From IMG/VR virus record IMGVR_UViG_3300022752_000050: a DNA stretch of 20,000 nt; one strand, 5' to 3'. The notes beneath the pieces are model-generated. The model was not told the DNA's origin, made no database searches, and worked only from the letters and a program-made list of their open reading frames with translations. The translations under genes were made by a program, and so were the position numbers. The first letter of the stretch is position 1, and every line of letters starts with the position of its first letter. This stretch comes from an uncultured virus (IMG/VR IMGVR_UViG_3300022752_000050) (lineage: Duplodnaviria > Heunggongvirae > Uroviricota > Caudoviricetes). Positions 9,267 through 17,296 of this stretch are shown in pieces.

Positions 9267-9986
9267 CTACGCGAAAAAAGATGCTAACCCTTCTAAAATA
9301 ACTTCACTTTCAATTTCTGTCACCGGGTTTTTAACTTTGATTGTATGAGAAAGTTTAGGCATTGTCTCAAAAAACTTTTCAATACCTTTAAACTGAGAAG
9401 AATTCATAGATTCCAAAAAGTCAGAAATTTCTTTTTTGGTTACATCAGAAGCAGCCCAAACCTCATCTTCGGTATAAATTTTGTCAATACAGGAACCAAT
9501 CAATTCAAACGATTGATCCATTGCATTTTTATCATTAAAATCAAAATTATTTTTGATGAATTGGTCTAGTGATGGATATTTCATTTCCATCATAATAGAA
9601 TCGTCAAGTTTGATTCTATTAGTATGTTCATCACTCTTTTGGACTTTGATATCATCAAGATTAATTTTCACAGGAACTTGAGTTTCACCATCATCAGGAC
9701 AAATAATGTTCACCTCAAGTTCTTCTCCTACAGATTTTCCACGAATGTTGAGAAACAAAAATTCTATGTCAAAAGTAGGAAGTGCCTCTACTTTAACATT
9801 TTTTGTTAAAATGCAATTTTTAATGACAGTTTTAATAGCAGTTGTAATTTGCTTTGTGTCTTCACTTTCCAAAGCAATTACAAGAAGTTTTTCTTCTTTA
9901 ACTAAAAATGGTCTATATTGAATTATTTCTCCTGTTGATGGCAACTCAAGGTCATATGTTGGTGTAGCAATCTTTGGTAAAGGCAT
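9267..9986 (-). CDS. gp26: Baseplate hub subunit / assembly chaperone gp26
   Basis: MPLPKIATPTYDLELPSTG...YRPFLVKEEKLL...FDIEFLFLNIRGKSVGE...FFETMPKL...LEGLASFF. Confidence 0.92.
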   Translation of the reverse strand: MPLPKIATPTYDLELPSTGEIIQYRPFLVKEEKLLVIALESEDTKQITTAIKTVIKNCILTKNVKVEALPTFDIEFLFLNIRGKSVGEELEVNIICPDDGETQVPVKINLDDIKVQKSDEHTNRIKLDDSIMMEMKYPSLDQFIKNNFDFNDKNAMDQSFELIGSCIDKIYTEDEVWAASDVTKKEISDFLESMNSSQFKGIEKFFETMPKLSHTIKVKNPVTEIESEVILEGLASFFA

Positions 9987-10012
9987 GATGTCCTATAAAT
10001 GTTCAGTGTGAT

Positions 10013-10020
10013 TATTTATG
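10013..10020 (-). promoter_or_regulatory. Late promoter (CATAAATA) for the gp26 operon
   Basis: NATAAATA match about 27 nt upstream of the gp26 ATG. Confidence 0.75.
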
Positions 10021-10026
10021 GGGGAT

Positions 10027-10082
10027 GGACAGATGAAGAAGTGTCTACTGACCTTCCAAATACCGTTTATATGTAGTATAAT
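10027..10082 (+). promoter_or_regulatory. Sigma70-like early promoter with upstream inverted-repeat motif
   Basis: -35 TTCCAA (10054-10059), 17-nt spacer, -10 TATAAT (10077-10082); upstream GGACAGATGAAGAAGTGTCT (GACA-N10-TGTC dyad). Confidence 0.7.
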
Positions 10083-10104
10083 ATGAAGGTAAACAAACAA
10101 CATT

Positions 10105-10344
10105 ATGCGTCAGTTCTTTTTTGGTTTGGTTTTCCTTTATGGAGTTGGTCTATCCGCATATTTTGGTTCTTGGGGAATCCGTGATATGGAAGCTCTAGAA
10201 AAAGCAGTAGCAGCAGGTGCCAAACACGAAGAAGTTAGGCACCGTATGAATGTTGCTGCAGAAGGTAACTGGTTCTTACTGGCAAATCTGATTGCAGTTA
10301 CTGGTGCTCTCGGAACAATTGGAACTTTGAAGAAAGATGATTAA
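10105..10344 (+). CDS. Small two-TM membrane protein, hypothetical
   Basis: 79 aa with two hydrophobic segments (FFFGLVFLYGVGLSAYFGSWGI; WFLLANLIAVTGALGTIG); own promoter upstream. Confidence 0.75.
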   Translation: MRQFFFGLVFLYGVGLSAYFGSWGIRDMEALEKAVAAGAKHEEVRHRMNVAAEGNWFLLANLIAVTGALGTIGTLKKDD

Positions 10345-10474
10345 TATACTAAAAAAAATATTTTTTGCATACTGCATAATAGTTTGTTCAGTCTTTGGTG
10401 CTGGTTATTTATTTGCAAGTTTAGAAACTTTTGGTCTAATTCCACCACCACCCACTGATTGGAAAGATAAATGA
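10337..10474 (+). CDS. 45-aa single-TM membrane protein, hypothetical
   Basis: Manual translation MINILKKIFFAYCIIVCSVFGAGYLFASLETFGLIPPPPTDWKDK; overlaps the previous stop by 8 nt and ends at the terminator. Confidence 0.65.
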   Translation: MINILKKIFFAYCIIVCSVFGAGYLFASLETFGLIPPPPTDWKDK

Positions 10475-10497
10475 GAGTCTTCGGACTCTCTTTTTTT
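10473..10497 (+). terminator. Rho-independent terminator with C(UUCG)G tetraloop
   Basis: GAGAGTC-TTCG-GACTCTC followed by T7. Confidence 0.92.
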
Positions 10498-11428
10498 ATT
10501 TGAAATCGTTAACTGTAATCAATCTATCACCAGTATCAATAATATCCCCATTTATGTTATATTGGGCGTTTTCTGGTGGAAGAGCTTGCCCATTAATATT
10601 TCTTTGTAAATTGGGAGAATATTCACCGATTCCCAGAGCAGATCTTGCTCTTCTATCAAGTTCTGCATCAGTAAATCCAGGACCAGCACTATTAATTAGT
10701 GCTTGCTCTTCTATAGATGGTGTCGTTGTAGTTGTATTTGGAGAAGTAGGATTCTCTTCCAATCCAGGATCTCCAACATTTACGACATATCTTATATAAG
10801 ACATTGACACTGTGCATTTTAATAATGAGGATGAGTCATATGACACTGGCATTGAGGAAACGCTGATCGGAAAGGAACGAATGAACTCATATGTTAAGGA
10901 ACTTGCTTTTTTTCCTTTGATATTACCATATGTACTTTTTTCAAATTTAGTTACTTTTAATCCCTCTGCAATGTAATCATCTGGATAAGCAAATCCATAA
11001 TAATAAGTTTTATCTTTTGATGATGGTTTTAATTTATTTCTATTCTGATCCTCTGGAGCAGTGATGCTTTCTTGTGCAATGTATTTCATCCATATTTCAA
11101 AAACTCTAATTGGCAGATAATTTTCAGCATCAACATAAAACGTCAAATCAATTCGGTCATCGTATACTCTACGATATGCATATCTTTCAGTGACTCCAGT
11201 ATAATCATTGTTGAGATCCAAAGTTGCCAAATTGGAACCAGGAAGAGATGCCTCTGAGCATAACAAATTAAGTTTTGATAGATTAACATTACTAATGTTA
11301 ATTCCATTATCACTAAAATACTTTGAATTTAACTTTTTTGGTAAAGAAATTTGCATCTCAAAGTGAGACGTTGTTGCTGGATGCAATAATGCAGATTTAA
11401 TATCCGATACACTCTTTGGTGAGGGCAT
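10496..11428 (-). CDS. Tail tube-like protein (gp54 baseplate tail-tube initiator / gp19 family)
   Basis: LLCSEASLPGS...RRVYDDRIDLTFYVD...FEIWM...YEFIRSFPISVSSMPVSYDSSSLLKCTVSMSY, a tube-fold signature; divergent from gp4. Confidence 0.75.
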   Translation of the reverse strand: MPSPKSVSDIKSALLHPATTSHFEMQISLPKKLNSKYFSDNGINISNVNLSKLNLLCSEASLPGSNLATLDLNNDYTGVTERYAYRRVYDDRIDLTFYVDAENYLPIRVFEIWMKYIAQESITAPEDQNRNKLKPSSKDKTYYYGFAYPDDYIAEGLKVTKFEKSTYGNIKGKKASSLTYEFIRSFPISVSSMPVSYDSSSLLKCTVSMSYIRYVVNVGDPGLEENPTSPNTTTTTPSIEEQALINSAGPGFTDAELDRRARSALGIGEYSPNLQRNINGQALPPENAQYNINGDIIDTGDRLITVNDFK

Positions 11429-11429
11429 T

Positions 11430-11437
11430 TATAAATA
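11430..11437 (+). promoter_or_regulatory. Late promoter TATAAATA for gp4
   Basis: Perfect T4 late consensus about 33 nt upstream of the gp4 ATG. Confidence 0.8.
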
Positions 11438-11470
11438 CTTTTTGACCGTATATATTATGTAGTAAGGATA

Positions 11471-11920
11471 ATGGCAGAAAGTATTAAAAGCTTATACAAA
11501 CCATCATATCCTCAAAAATATAAAGGCGATCCAAATAATATTATTTGTAGAAGCAGTTGGGAAAGACGCTTTTCTTATTGGTGCGACCATAATCCAAGTA
11601 TCATATCCTGGGCATCGGAAGAGTTTTGCATTCCCTATTACAATCCAGTCAAACAAAAAATATGCAAATATTTTCCAGACTATCTAATTAAAGTTAAGGA
11701 ATCAACTGGTCAAATTAAAACTTATGTAATAGAAGTCAAACCAAAGAAACAAACTGTTCCCCCACAAAAAAAATCAAGAATCACTAAATCATATCTTTAT
11801 GAAGCACAAACGTTTGCAGTGAATCAGGCTAAATGGAAAGCAGCAGAGGAATTTTGCAAAGATAGACTACTAGAATTTAAGATTATAACAGAAAACGAAC
11901 TTTTTGGTTTTTCTAAATAG
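11471..11920 (+). CDS. gp4: Head completion protein gp4 (TnsA-like endonuclease fold)
   Basis: KYKGDPNNIICRSSWERRF...WASEEFCIPY...YFPDY...IEVKPKKQT...VNQAKWKAA...FKIITE. Confidence 0.93.
   Translation: MAESIKSLYKPSYPQKYKGDPNNIICRSSWERRFSYWCDHNPSIISWASEEFCIPYYNPVKQKICKYFPDYLIKVKESTGQIKTYVIEVKPKKQTVPPQKKSRITKSYLYEAQTFAVNQAKWKAAEEFCKDRLLEFKIITENELFGFSK
11912..11919 (+). promoter_or_regulatory. Late promoter-like motif TCTAAATA
   Basis: CTAAATA at the end of gp4, about 18 nt upstream of the next ATG. Confidence 0.55.
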
Positions 11921-11937
11921 TAACAAGGTATCAAATA

Positions 11938-12327
11938 ATGGCAGAAGGTTTTGGTCAATACGTAGGAACAGGAACTGTAAGAACCAAAGAACTTCAGAAA
12001 AGAGTTTTAGAATCTGGAAGTACAGATCCAGAAGATATTATGATGTTGATTATGGACATTTTTAAGGAAGAAGTGTTATATCCAGAACCAGGAAAATATT
12101 ACACATTTCTCTATAAACCAAAAACCCCAGAGATAGAATATGACCAACACCCCTTGATTGCCTGCACAGAACTTTATAAATGGGGGTTTAAAGGAATCAA
12201 TTTTCATTGGAGAGAAGGAAGACAATATACTTGGGAAGAAGTAATTGGTAAGTTACACGTCGTAAAATATAATGAACTTGATGAATTGCTTGCTTTGCAG
12301 TACGGAAAATTCCGTCTAAATAAATAA
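11938..12327 (+). CDS. gp2: DNA end protector gp2-like protein (short form)
   Basis: PEPGKYYTFLYKPKT...YDQHPLI...GFKGINFHW resembles the gp2 core; adjacent to gp4. Confidence 0.7.
   Translation: MAEGFGQYVGTGTVRTKELQKRVLESGSTDPEDIMMLIMDIFKEEVLYPEPGKYYTFLYKPKTPEIEYDQHPLIACTELYKWGFKGINFHWREGRQYTWEEVIGKLHVVKYNELDELLALQYGKFRLNK
12315..12326 (+). promoter_or_regulatory. Late promoter-like motifs TCTAAATA/AATAAATA
   Basis: Overlapping TAAATA cores at the end of gp2, upstream of the gp48 GTG start. Confidence 0.6.
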
Positions 12328-12344
12328 AAACTGTACCTGATAGA

Positions 12345-13766
12345 GTGGCTGATTTTAAAGAAGGTATAAACTATCAAAAAGGAGATATCGTAAGCGAACA
12401 GGCACGAACTGAAATTGGTGCTAAAACATATTTCAATCCATTAACACAAAAAACTGAAGTAAACAGAATAACGGGAACCAATATCTATCACAGAACAGTC
12501 ACAAGAATAACCTCTCAAGATCAAAACGAAAACATTAAAGGATCTCAAACTGAAGTCTGGGTCATTGCAGATAAAAAAGACGGTAAGGGTGATCAATGGG
12601 TAAAAGCATATACAACGACTGATGGTGGAAGAACAAAAACATTTAATGAAGAGACACGTTCAGATGGATCAAAAGTTATTAGTGATGCATTAAAAAAAGA
12701 TTTAACAAATTCAAATTCGCCCATTGGAAAAAATGTATCTCGACAAATAAATTTATCTGCAGATAAAGCAGGAATTAGTAAACAAAGTAAAGAAGTTTTA
12801 GATAAGTCATTAAAAAACAAAGAAAATCAACCAAATACTAATGGATCCTCCTCCACCGAAACTAAATCCGAAGATTGGAACAAAGCTGTTGGAAATTCTT
12901 CCAAAAGTAGAGTGGCATTCCCTACATTATATTACCCTCTTGCGATGAGAACATCAAAGCAGGATAAAATTCATTTTGAGATGGTAAAATATTCACCATC
13001 AACATTTTCTTCTGCCTCGGGTCAATTTGGATGGAACAGAGCTTCTGAAAGAAAAAACAGAGAAGTTATTGGAAATGTGTACTTACCAATTCCATCAGGA
13101 ATAACAGAAACAACCGGTGCAAAGTGGGGAGATGATGAAGCTGGTCCAGGAAAAACCGCTGCAGCAAACATAGCAATGGGTGGTATCACTGGCGGCGGTG
13201 AAGGATTTACAAAAGCAATTGAGGGTCAATTAGGAGCACTTCAAGGAGCTTCTGGAGATGTAAAAACTGCAATTGCTGGTCAAATTGCAGGAGAAGCATC
13301 TGGAATTGGTGGTGGATTATTAACTAGAATGACTGGAGCCGTTCTAAATCCAAACTTGGAACTATTATTTGGAGGAGGAACTTTAAGACCTTTTAATTTT
13401 ACGTTTAAACTATCAGCAAGAAGTCAAGAGGAAGCAAAACAAATCATAGGTATTATTCGCTTCTTTAAGCAAGGAATGGCACCGCAAAGATCAGATTCTA
13501 ATTTGTTTTTAAAGTCTCCGCACACATTTAGGATTAAATATTTACATCAAGAAAAGGAACACAAATTTCTTAATAAATTTAAAGAATGTGCCTTGCAAAA
13601 TTTTACTGTGGATTACACTCCTGAAGGACAATATGCAACATATTATGATGGTATGATGGTTTCATATCAAATTACAATGCAATTCCAAGAACTTGAGCCA
13701 ATCTTTAATGAAGATTATGGTCCAGGTACAGGTTCAGGTGGACCAGATACGGAGATAGGTTTCTAA
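12345..13766 (+). CDS. gp48: Baseplate tail tube cap gp48
   Basis: LYYP...VYLPIP...NPNLELLFGGGTLRPFNFTFKLSARSQEEA...IIRFFK...KFKECALQNFTVDYTPEG...FQELEP; about 190-aa N-terminal extension. Confidence 0.9.
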   Translation: MADFKEGINYQKGDIVSEQARTEIGAKTYFNPLTQKTEVNRITGTNIYHRTVTRITSQDQNENIKGSQTEVWVIADKKDGKGDQWVKAYTTTDGGRTKTFNEETRSDGSKVISDALKKDLTNSNSPIGKNVSRQINLSADKAGISKQSKEVLDKSLKNKENQPNTNGSSSTETKSEDWNKAVGNSSKSRVAFPTLYYPLAMRTSKQDKIHFEMVKYSPSTFSSASGQFGWNRASERKNREVIGNVYLPIPSGITETTGAKWGDDEAGPGKTAAANIAMGGITGGGEGFTKAIEGQLGALQGASGDVKTAIAGQIAGEASGIGGGLLTRMTGAVLNPNLELLFGGGTLRPFNFTFKLSARSQEEAKQIIGIIRFFKQGMAPQRSDSNLFLKSPHTFRIKYLHQEKEHKFLNKFKECALQNFTVDYTPEGQYATYYDGMMVSYQITMQFQELEPIFNEDYGPGTGSGGPDTEIGF

Positions 13767-13767
13767 A

Positions 13768-14442
13768 ATGGCAAATCCTTACTTTCGCAACATACCAAAT
13801 TTTGAATATGTAAACAGAGTTGATGAAAATAAAAGTTCTGTTTCTTATATTGCTGTAAAAAATCTTTTTAAAAAGGGTAAACTTAGAGATGATATTCTTT
13901 ATGCCTCTACTATATTTGAGAAATATCAAGTCAAAGGTAATGATCGCCCAGATAATGTTGCGTATGAAGTTTATGGAGACTCCACATTAGATTGGGTCGT
14001 TTTACTCTCAAACAATATCTTAAATGTACAGACAGAATGGCCTATGGTACAAGAAGCATATGATTCTTATCTATTAGAAAAATATGGTGACTATAATACA
14101 TTATACAATGGGATTCATCATTATGAATCAAACGAAGTTAAAAATAGTCGGGGAGTAACTATTTTCCCCGCAGGACTCCGTGTTGATTCCACTCAGAGTG
14201 TAAGTTACTATGATTACTTCCAAGACATTCAAGTAACTATTAACAATGTAGCGTCACCAGTCACAAATTATGAGTATGAAGAAAAAATCAATAATGAAAA
14301 AAGAAATATTTACATTCTTAAACCACAATATCTCAATGTTGTATTTGATGATATAGAAGAAATAATGGCATATAAAGAAGGTTCCACTCAGTATGTGAAT
14401 GGAACCTTAAAACGTGCTGATAATATCAGACTTTATGAGTGA
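13768..14442 (+). CDS. gp53: Baseplate wedge subunit gp53 (LysM-like)
   Basis: YFRNIPNFEY...RPDNVAYEVYGDSTLDWVVLLSNNI...EWP...IHHYE...TNYEYEEKINNEKRNIYILKP. Confidence 0.92.
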   Translation: MANPYFRNIPNFEYVNRVDENKSSVSYIAVKNLFKKGKLRDDILYASTIFEKYQVKGNDRPDNVAYEVYGDSTLDWVVLLSNNILNVQTEWPMVQEAYDSYLLEKYGDYNTLYNGIHHYESNEVKNSRGVTIFPAGLRVDSTQSVSYYDYFQDIQVTINNVASPVTNYEYEEKINNEKRNIYILKPQYLNVVFDDIEEIMAYKEGSTQYVNGTLKRADNIRLYE

Positions 14443-15381
14443 TCAACTTTCTGCAAGTTTCTGAAAATAAGAAAGAGCATCATCTTCGTCCTCATCTTCT
14501 TCTTTGCTTACAACAGGAAGTGATGGAGTCTTGGAACGACTGTAAGATTGTTCAATTTCTTTTACAACCGAACTCTCAACTTCATTCTGGACATAACTAT
14601 CATACTCTGTTTCTTCATCAACAGGACTTACGCGAGCAGATCCTTTTTGTCCAAGAACATACTTCAGACGACGCTCAAGTTCTTCATAAGACTTAAATTG
14701 TGATGCAGACACAAGATCAGTAAGAGAATATTCTTTTTTCCAAAGAGATTCCAGAGCATCATCATCACTCAAAAGAGGACCAGGAGACTCAAATTCTGAT
14801 TTATCATAGTTCCAATAACCATCAACTTTACGAATTTTGAGTTTAAAATTCGCACCTTGCCAGAAGTCAAAAGGATTGATAGGAGTTTCATCCTCAAATT
14901 CTGGTTGCATTGCTGCCATAACTTTATCAAAGATTTTCTTACCATACTTAAACAAGAAAACTTTTCCTTCGTTATGAGGATTGACGGGATCTTTAACAAC
15001 GTAAATGTTTGAGTAGTAAGACAGTTTACGTTTTTGTTTACGAACAGTTTCTTTATCCTTTTCACTACCACTGTTCCAGAGTTCACGATTGTGTTCCGAA
15101 ACGGGATCTTTTTGACCGATAGTGGTCAAGGAATTTTCAATATACCAACCACCAGGACCTTGGAATGCATGGGAATACATTTTTGCCCAGGGAACTTCTT
15201 CACCTTCTGGTGCAGGAAGAAAACGGACAACTGCAAAACCGTTTCCAGTTTTATCAAGTTCTGGTTTCCAGAGACGATCATCATCTCCACCAGTGGTTGC
15301 GTTCATCTTCTCTACCTCTTTAACAAGTTTCTGCGTAAGAGCACCAAGAGAAGATTGTTTTTTAAGATCAGCAAAAGACAT
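14443..15381 (-). CDS. gp32: Single-stranded DNA-binding protein gp32
   Basis: DDRLWKPELDKTGNGFAVVRFLPAP...HAFQGPGGWYIENSLTT...NPFDFWQGANFKLKI; acidic C-terminal tail. Confidence 0.97.
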   Translation of the reverse strand: MSFADLKKQSSLGALTQKLVKEVEKMNATTGGDDDRLWKPELDKTGNGFAVVRFLPAPEGEEVPWAKMYSHAFQGPGGWYIENSLTTIGQKDPVSEHNRELWNSGSEKDKETVRKQKRKLSYYSNIYVVKDPVNPHNEGKVFLFKYGKKIFDKVMAAMQPEFEDETPINPFDFWQGANFKLKIRKVDGYWNYDKSEFESPGPLLSDDDALESLWKKEYSLTDLVSASQFKSYEELERRLKYVLGQKGSARVSPVDEETEYDSYVQNEVESSVVKEIEQSYSRSKTPSLPVVSKEEDEDEDDALSYFQKLAES

Positions 15382-15428
15382 TTGGATTACCTCGGATTGT
15401 GTACAGATTTGGCTTTTTGTACTTCGTT

Positions 15429-15457
15429 ATTCTACAGGATTTAATTGGAAGTGTCAA
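15429..15457 (-). promoter_or_regulatory. Sigma70-like promoter for gp32
   Basis: TTGACA (15457-15452), 17-nt spacer, TAGAAT (15434-15429). Confidence 0.85.
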
Positions 15458-15776
15458 TCGACTTCTTCATTAGATCCAGTATTTTAGTCATATCATTAAA
15501 AATAACATTCATATCTAAATGAGATGGAAGTCCCATCATCACAGCAGATTTATGAATTCTTTCTTTCATTTCCACTGCTTCTGGATCATCTGACAAACTT
15601 AATCTTGTATAAAGAATTTTTTGCTTGTTCAGAAGATCTTCCAGAAGATTTACATGTTCAAATTTTTTATCATTAGACATAAATGGAAATTGTAAAATTC
15701 CACTATAAACCTCTTCCTGAAGTCTGGAAATTTCTGCCATCTCAGATCTAACAATATCAGATTTGAAAAAACTCAT
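15441..15776 (-). CDS. DUF1825-like conserved cyanophage/cyanobacterial protein
   Basis: FFKSDIVRSEM...KQKILYTRLSLSDDPEA motif; typical position between gp59 and gp32. Confidence 0.75.
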   Translation of the reverse strand: MSFFKSDIVRSEMAEISRLQEEVYSGILQFPFMSNDKKFEHVNLLEDLLNKQKILYTRLSLSDDPEAVEMKERIHKSAVMMGLPSHLDMNVIFNDMTKILDLMKKSIDTSN

Positions 15777-16375
15777 GAATCCCCCAAAATCACTTCTTTT
15801 AAAATATTTTTATAACGTTGTACATCGCTATTTAGAAAGGAAGAATATTTTTTGATTCTCAAACTGACGGTTTCCCATACAGGATCTTTTAGTTTTTTAT
15901 CAAAGTTCTTTCCAAACAAAAATATTTTATCATAGATTACTAAAGTCTCAAGGGAAATTTTTCCATTCAGAAAATTTTTAAGAACTGGTGGATGACCTTT
16001 GGAACAATCAAAAACATCATCCACTTTTTTATCCTGAAATAAATTTTGCGTTTCTTCTTTAAAAATGTAAGAAAGAGATTGAGTTCTTTTTTTCCATTCT
16101 GAGTATCGACTATCTCCCTCTTTTATAATTTCACCAATCCATAATCTGCCTGGATCAGTACATGTAATAAAGTTTGATACAAAAAATTCCTCAACTTCTT
16201 TATCCGTTTTTTGTCTGGAAACTTTTTCAAACCAAAATCTATCTTTACGCTTGTAAAATGATTGAATAGTTGCTTTACTTTTACCACAGTATTTGTGATA
16301 ATCGTAACTGTCTTTGGTGAAATGATTTTTTAAAGACAAATAACATTTATACGCTTCAAATGGACTCATTATCAT
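15773..16375 (-). CDS. gp59: Helicase loader gp59
   Basis: YKCYLSLKNHFTKDSYDYHKYCGK...FYKRKDRFWFEK...ISLETLVI...IKKYSSFL. Confidence 0.92.
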   Translation of the reverse strand: MIMSPFEAYKCYLSLKNHFTKDSYDYHKYCGKSKATIQSFYKRKDRFWFEKVSRQKTDKEVEEFFVSNFITCTDPGRLWIGEIIKEGDSRYSEWKKRTQSLSYIFKEETQNLFQDKKVDDVFDCSKGHPPVLKNFLNGKISLETLVIYDKIFLFGKNFDKKLKDPVWETVSLRIKKYSSFLNSDVQRYKNILKEVILGDS

Positions 16376-16629
16376 AAGGGTAGTTTAGCCCTAGAGCTTT
16401 TCTTAAGAAAATTAAGTTGCATTGCTTCACACTTAAGTTTTTCCTTAAGTGGTTTTGAAATAAGTTTTGGAACAGACTCAATATCAATTGAATTCATTTC
16501 ACAAAAGTAAACAATTGCATCAATATAATTCATATCTGTTTGTTTATGAACAAGATTCTCTATCTCTTGTGCAAATTTTGTAGGACAGAAAAATTTGCTT
16601 TCAAATGCCTTTTCTAGTTCATTATTCAT
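16372..16629 (-). CDS. gp33: Late promoter transcription coactivator gp33
   Basis: FAQEIENLV...YIDAIVYFCEMNSIDIESVPKLISKPLKEKLKCEA...LNFLK; probable start MNNELEK at 16629 (the ORF track extends to 16650). Confidence 0.92.
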   Translation of the reverse strand: MNNELEKAFESKFFCPTKFAQEIENLVHKQTDMNYIDAIVYFCEMNSIDIESVPKLISKPLKEKLKCEAMQLNFLKKSSRAKLPL

Positions 16630-17296
16630 TACTAATATTGTGCTGTACAAATTCTTTAATATACCGTACTAGTAACTTAATATAATCCCCTTTGTTTCTT
16701 TTGTCAAATATTTTTACTTCTCCGCCAGGAGTGACCATGATTGTAATAAGTTTAATTGTAGAAATTTTTGTTAGTTCGTAATATGCAGCAGCATAAAACA
16801 TTTCTTGAACAAAATAATTCTCAATCCACTCTTCAGGTTTAATTTTTTCTGATGTCTTAAAGTCTATAACTGCCAATTCCCCTTCATACTCTGCTATACA
16901 ATCAACTCGCCCAGCAAGTCCAAGATATTCAGAATAAAGAGTTCTTTCAATTGCATGAATATTATTTATCTTATCAAGATATGGTTTTGCATGAAAAAAC
17001 ATGAACTTTGTTAGAGGTTGATAATCATCCCAATTCAGTTCTTTATTCTCAAGATAATCCTGACAAACTTGGTGAAAATCCGTTCCTCTTGCTGTTGCTT
17101 TTCTGGTGATTCGGTTTGCTTCTTCCAAACCAACACGTTGACGCCATTTTGCAAAAATTTGGCGATTATAAAAAGAAGTCACAGATGTAATAGATGGCAC
17201 CCAAGCTCCATTTGGTAGATTATAAAGACGGATACCATTTTGTTCTTTCTTTTCTAATTCAAGATCACCTAAAAAATTATGATGAATAAAACTCAT
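16622..17296 (-). CDS. Exonuclease (PD-(D/E)XK, cyanophage exonuclease A-like)
   Basis: PSITSV...ARGTDFH...IERTLYS...LAGRVDCIAEYEGELAVIDFKTS...Q...YA motifs. Confidence 0.9.
   Translation of the reverse strand: MSFIHHNFLGDLELEKKEQNGIRLYNLPNGAWVPSITSVTSFYNRQIFAKWRQRVGLEEANRITRKATARGTDFHQVCQDYLENKELNWDDYQPLTKFMFFHAKPYLDKINNIHAIERTLYSEYLGLAGRVDCIAEYEGELAVIDFKTSEKIKPEEWIENYFVQEMFYAAAYYELTKISTIKLITIMVTPGGEVKIFDKRNKGDYIKLLVRYIKEFVQHNISNE

Noticed and set aside
11456..11462. CTACATA on the minus strand as the late promoter of the gp54-like gene
   Set aside because: The position is plausible, but it mismatches the TAAATA core, so it is not supportable as a feature.
11471..11920. TnsA-like nuclease motifs suggesting a Tn7-like transposon
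   Set aside because: Sequence and synteny identify T4 gp4 head completion protein; there are no other transposition genes or transposon ends.
16622..17296. PD-(D/E)XK nuclease as a possible Cas4/CRISPR component
   Set aside because: No four-Cys Fe-S pattern, no array and no cas genes; this is the standard cyanophage core exonuclease next to phoH.
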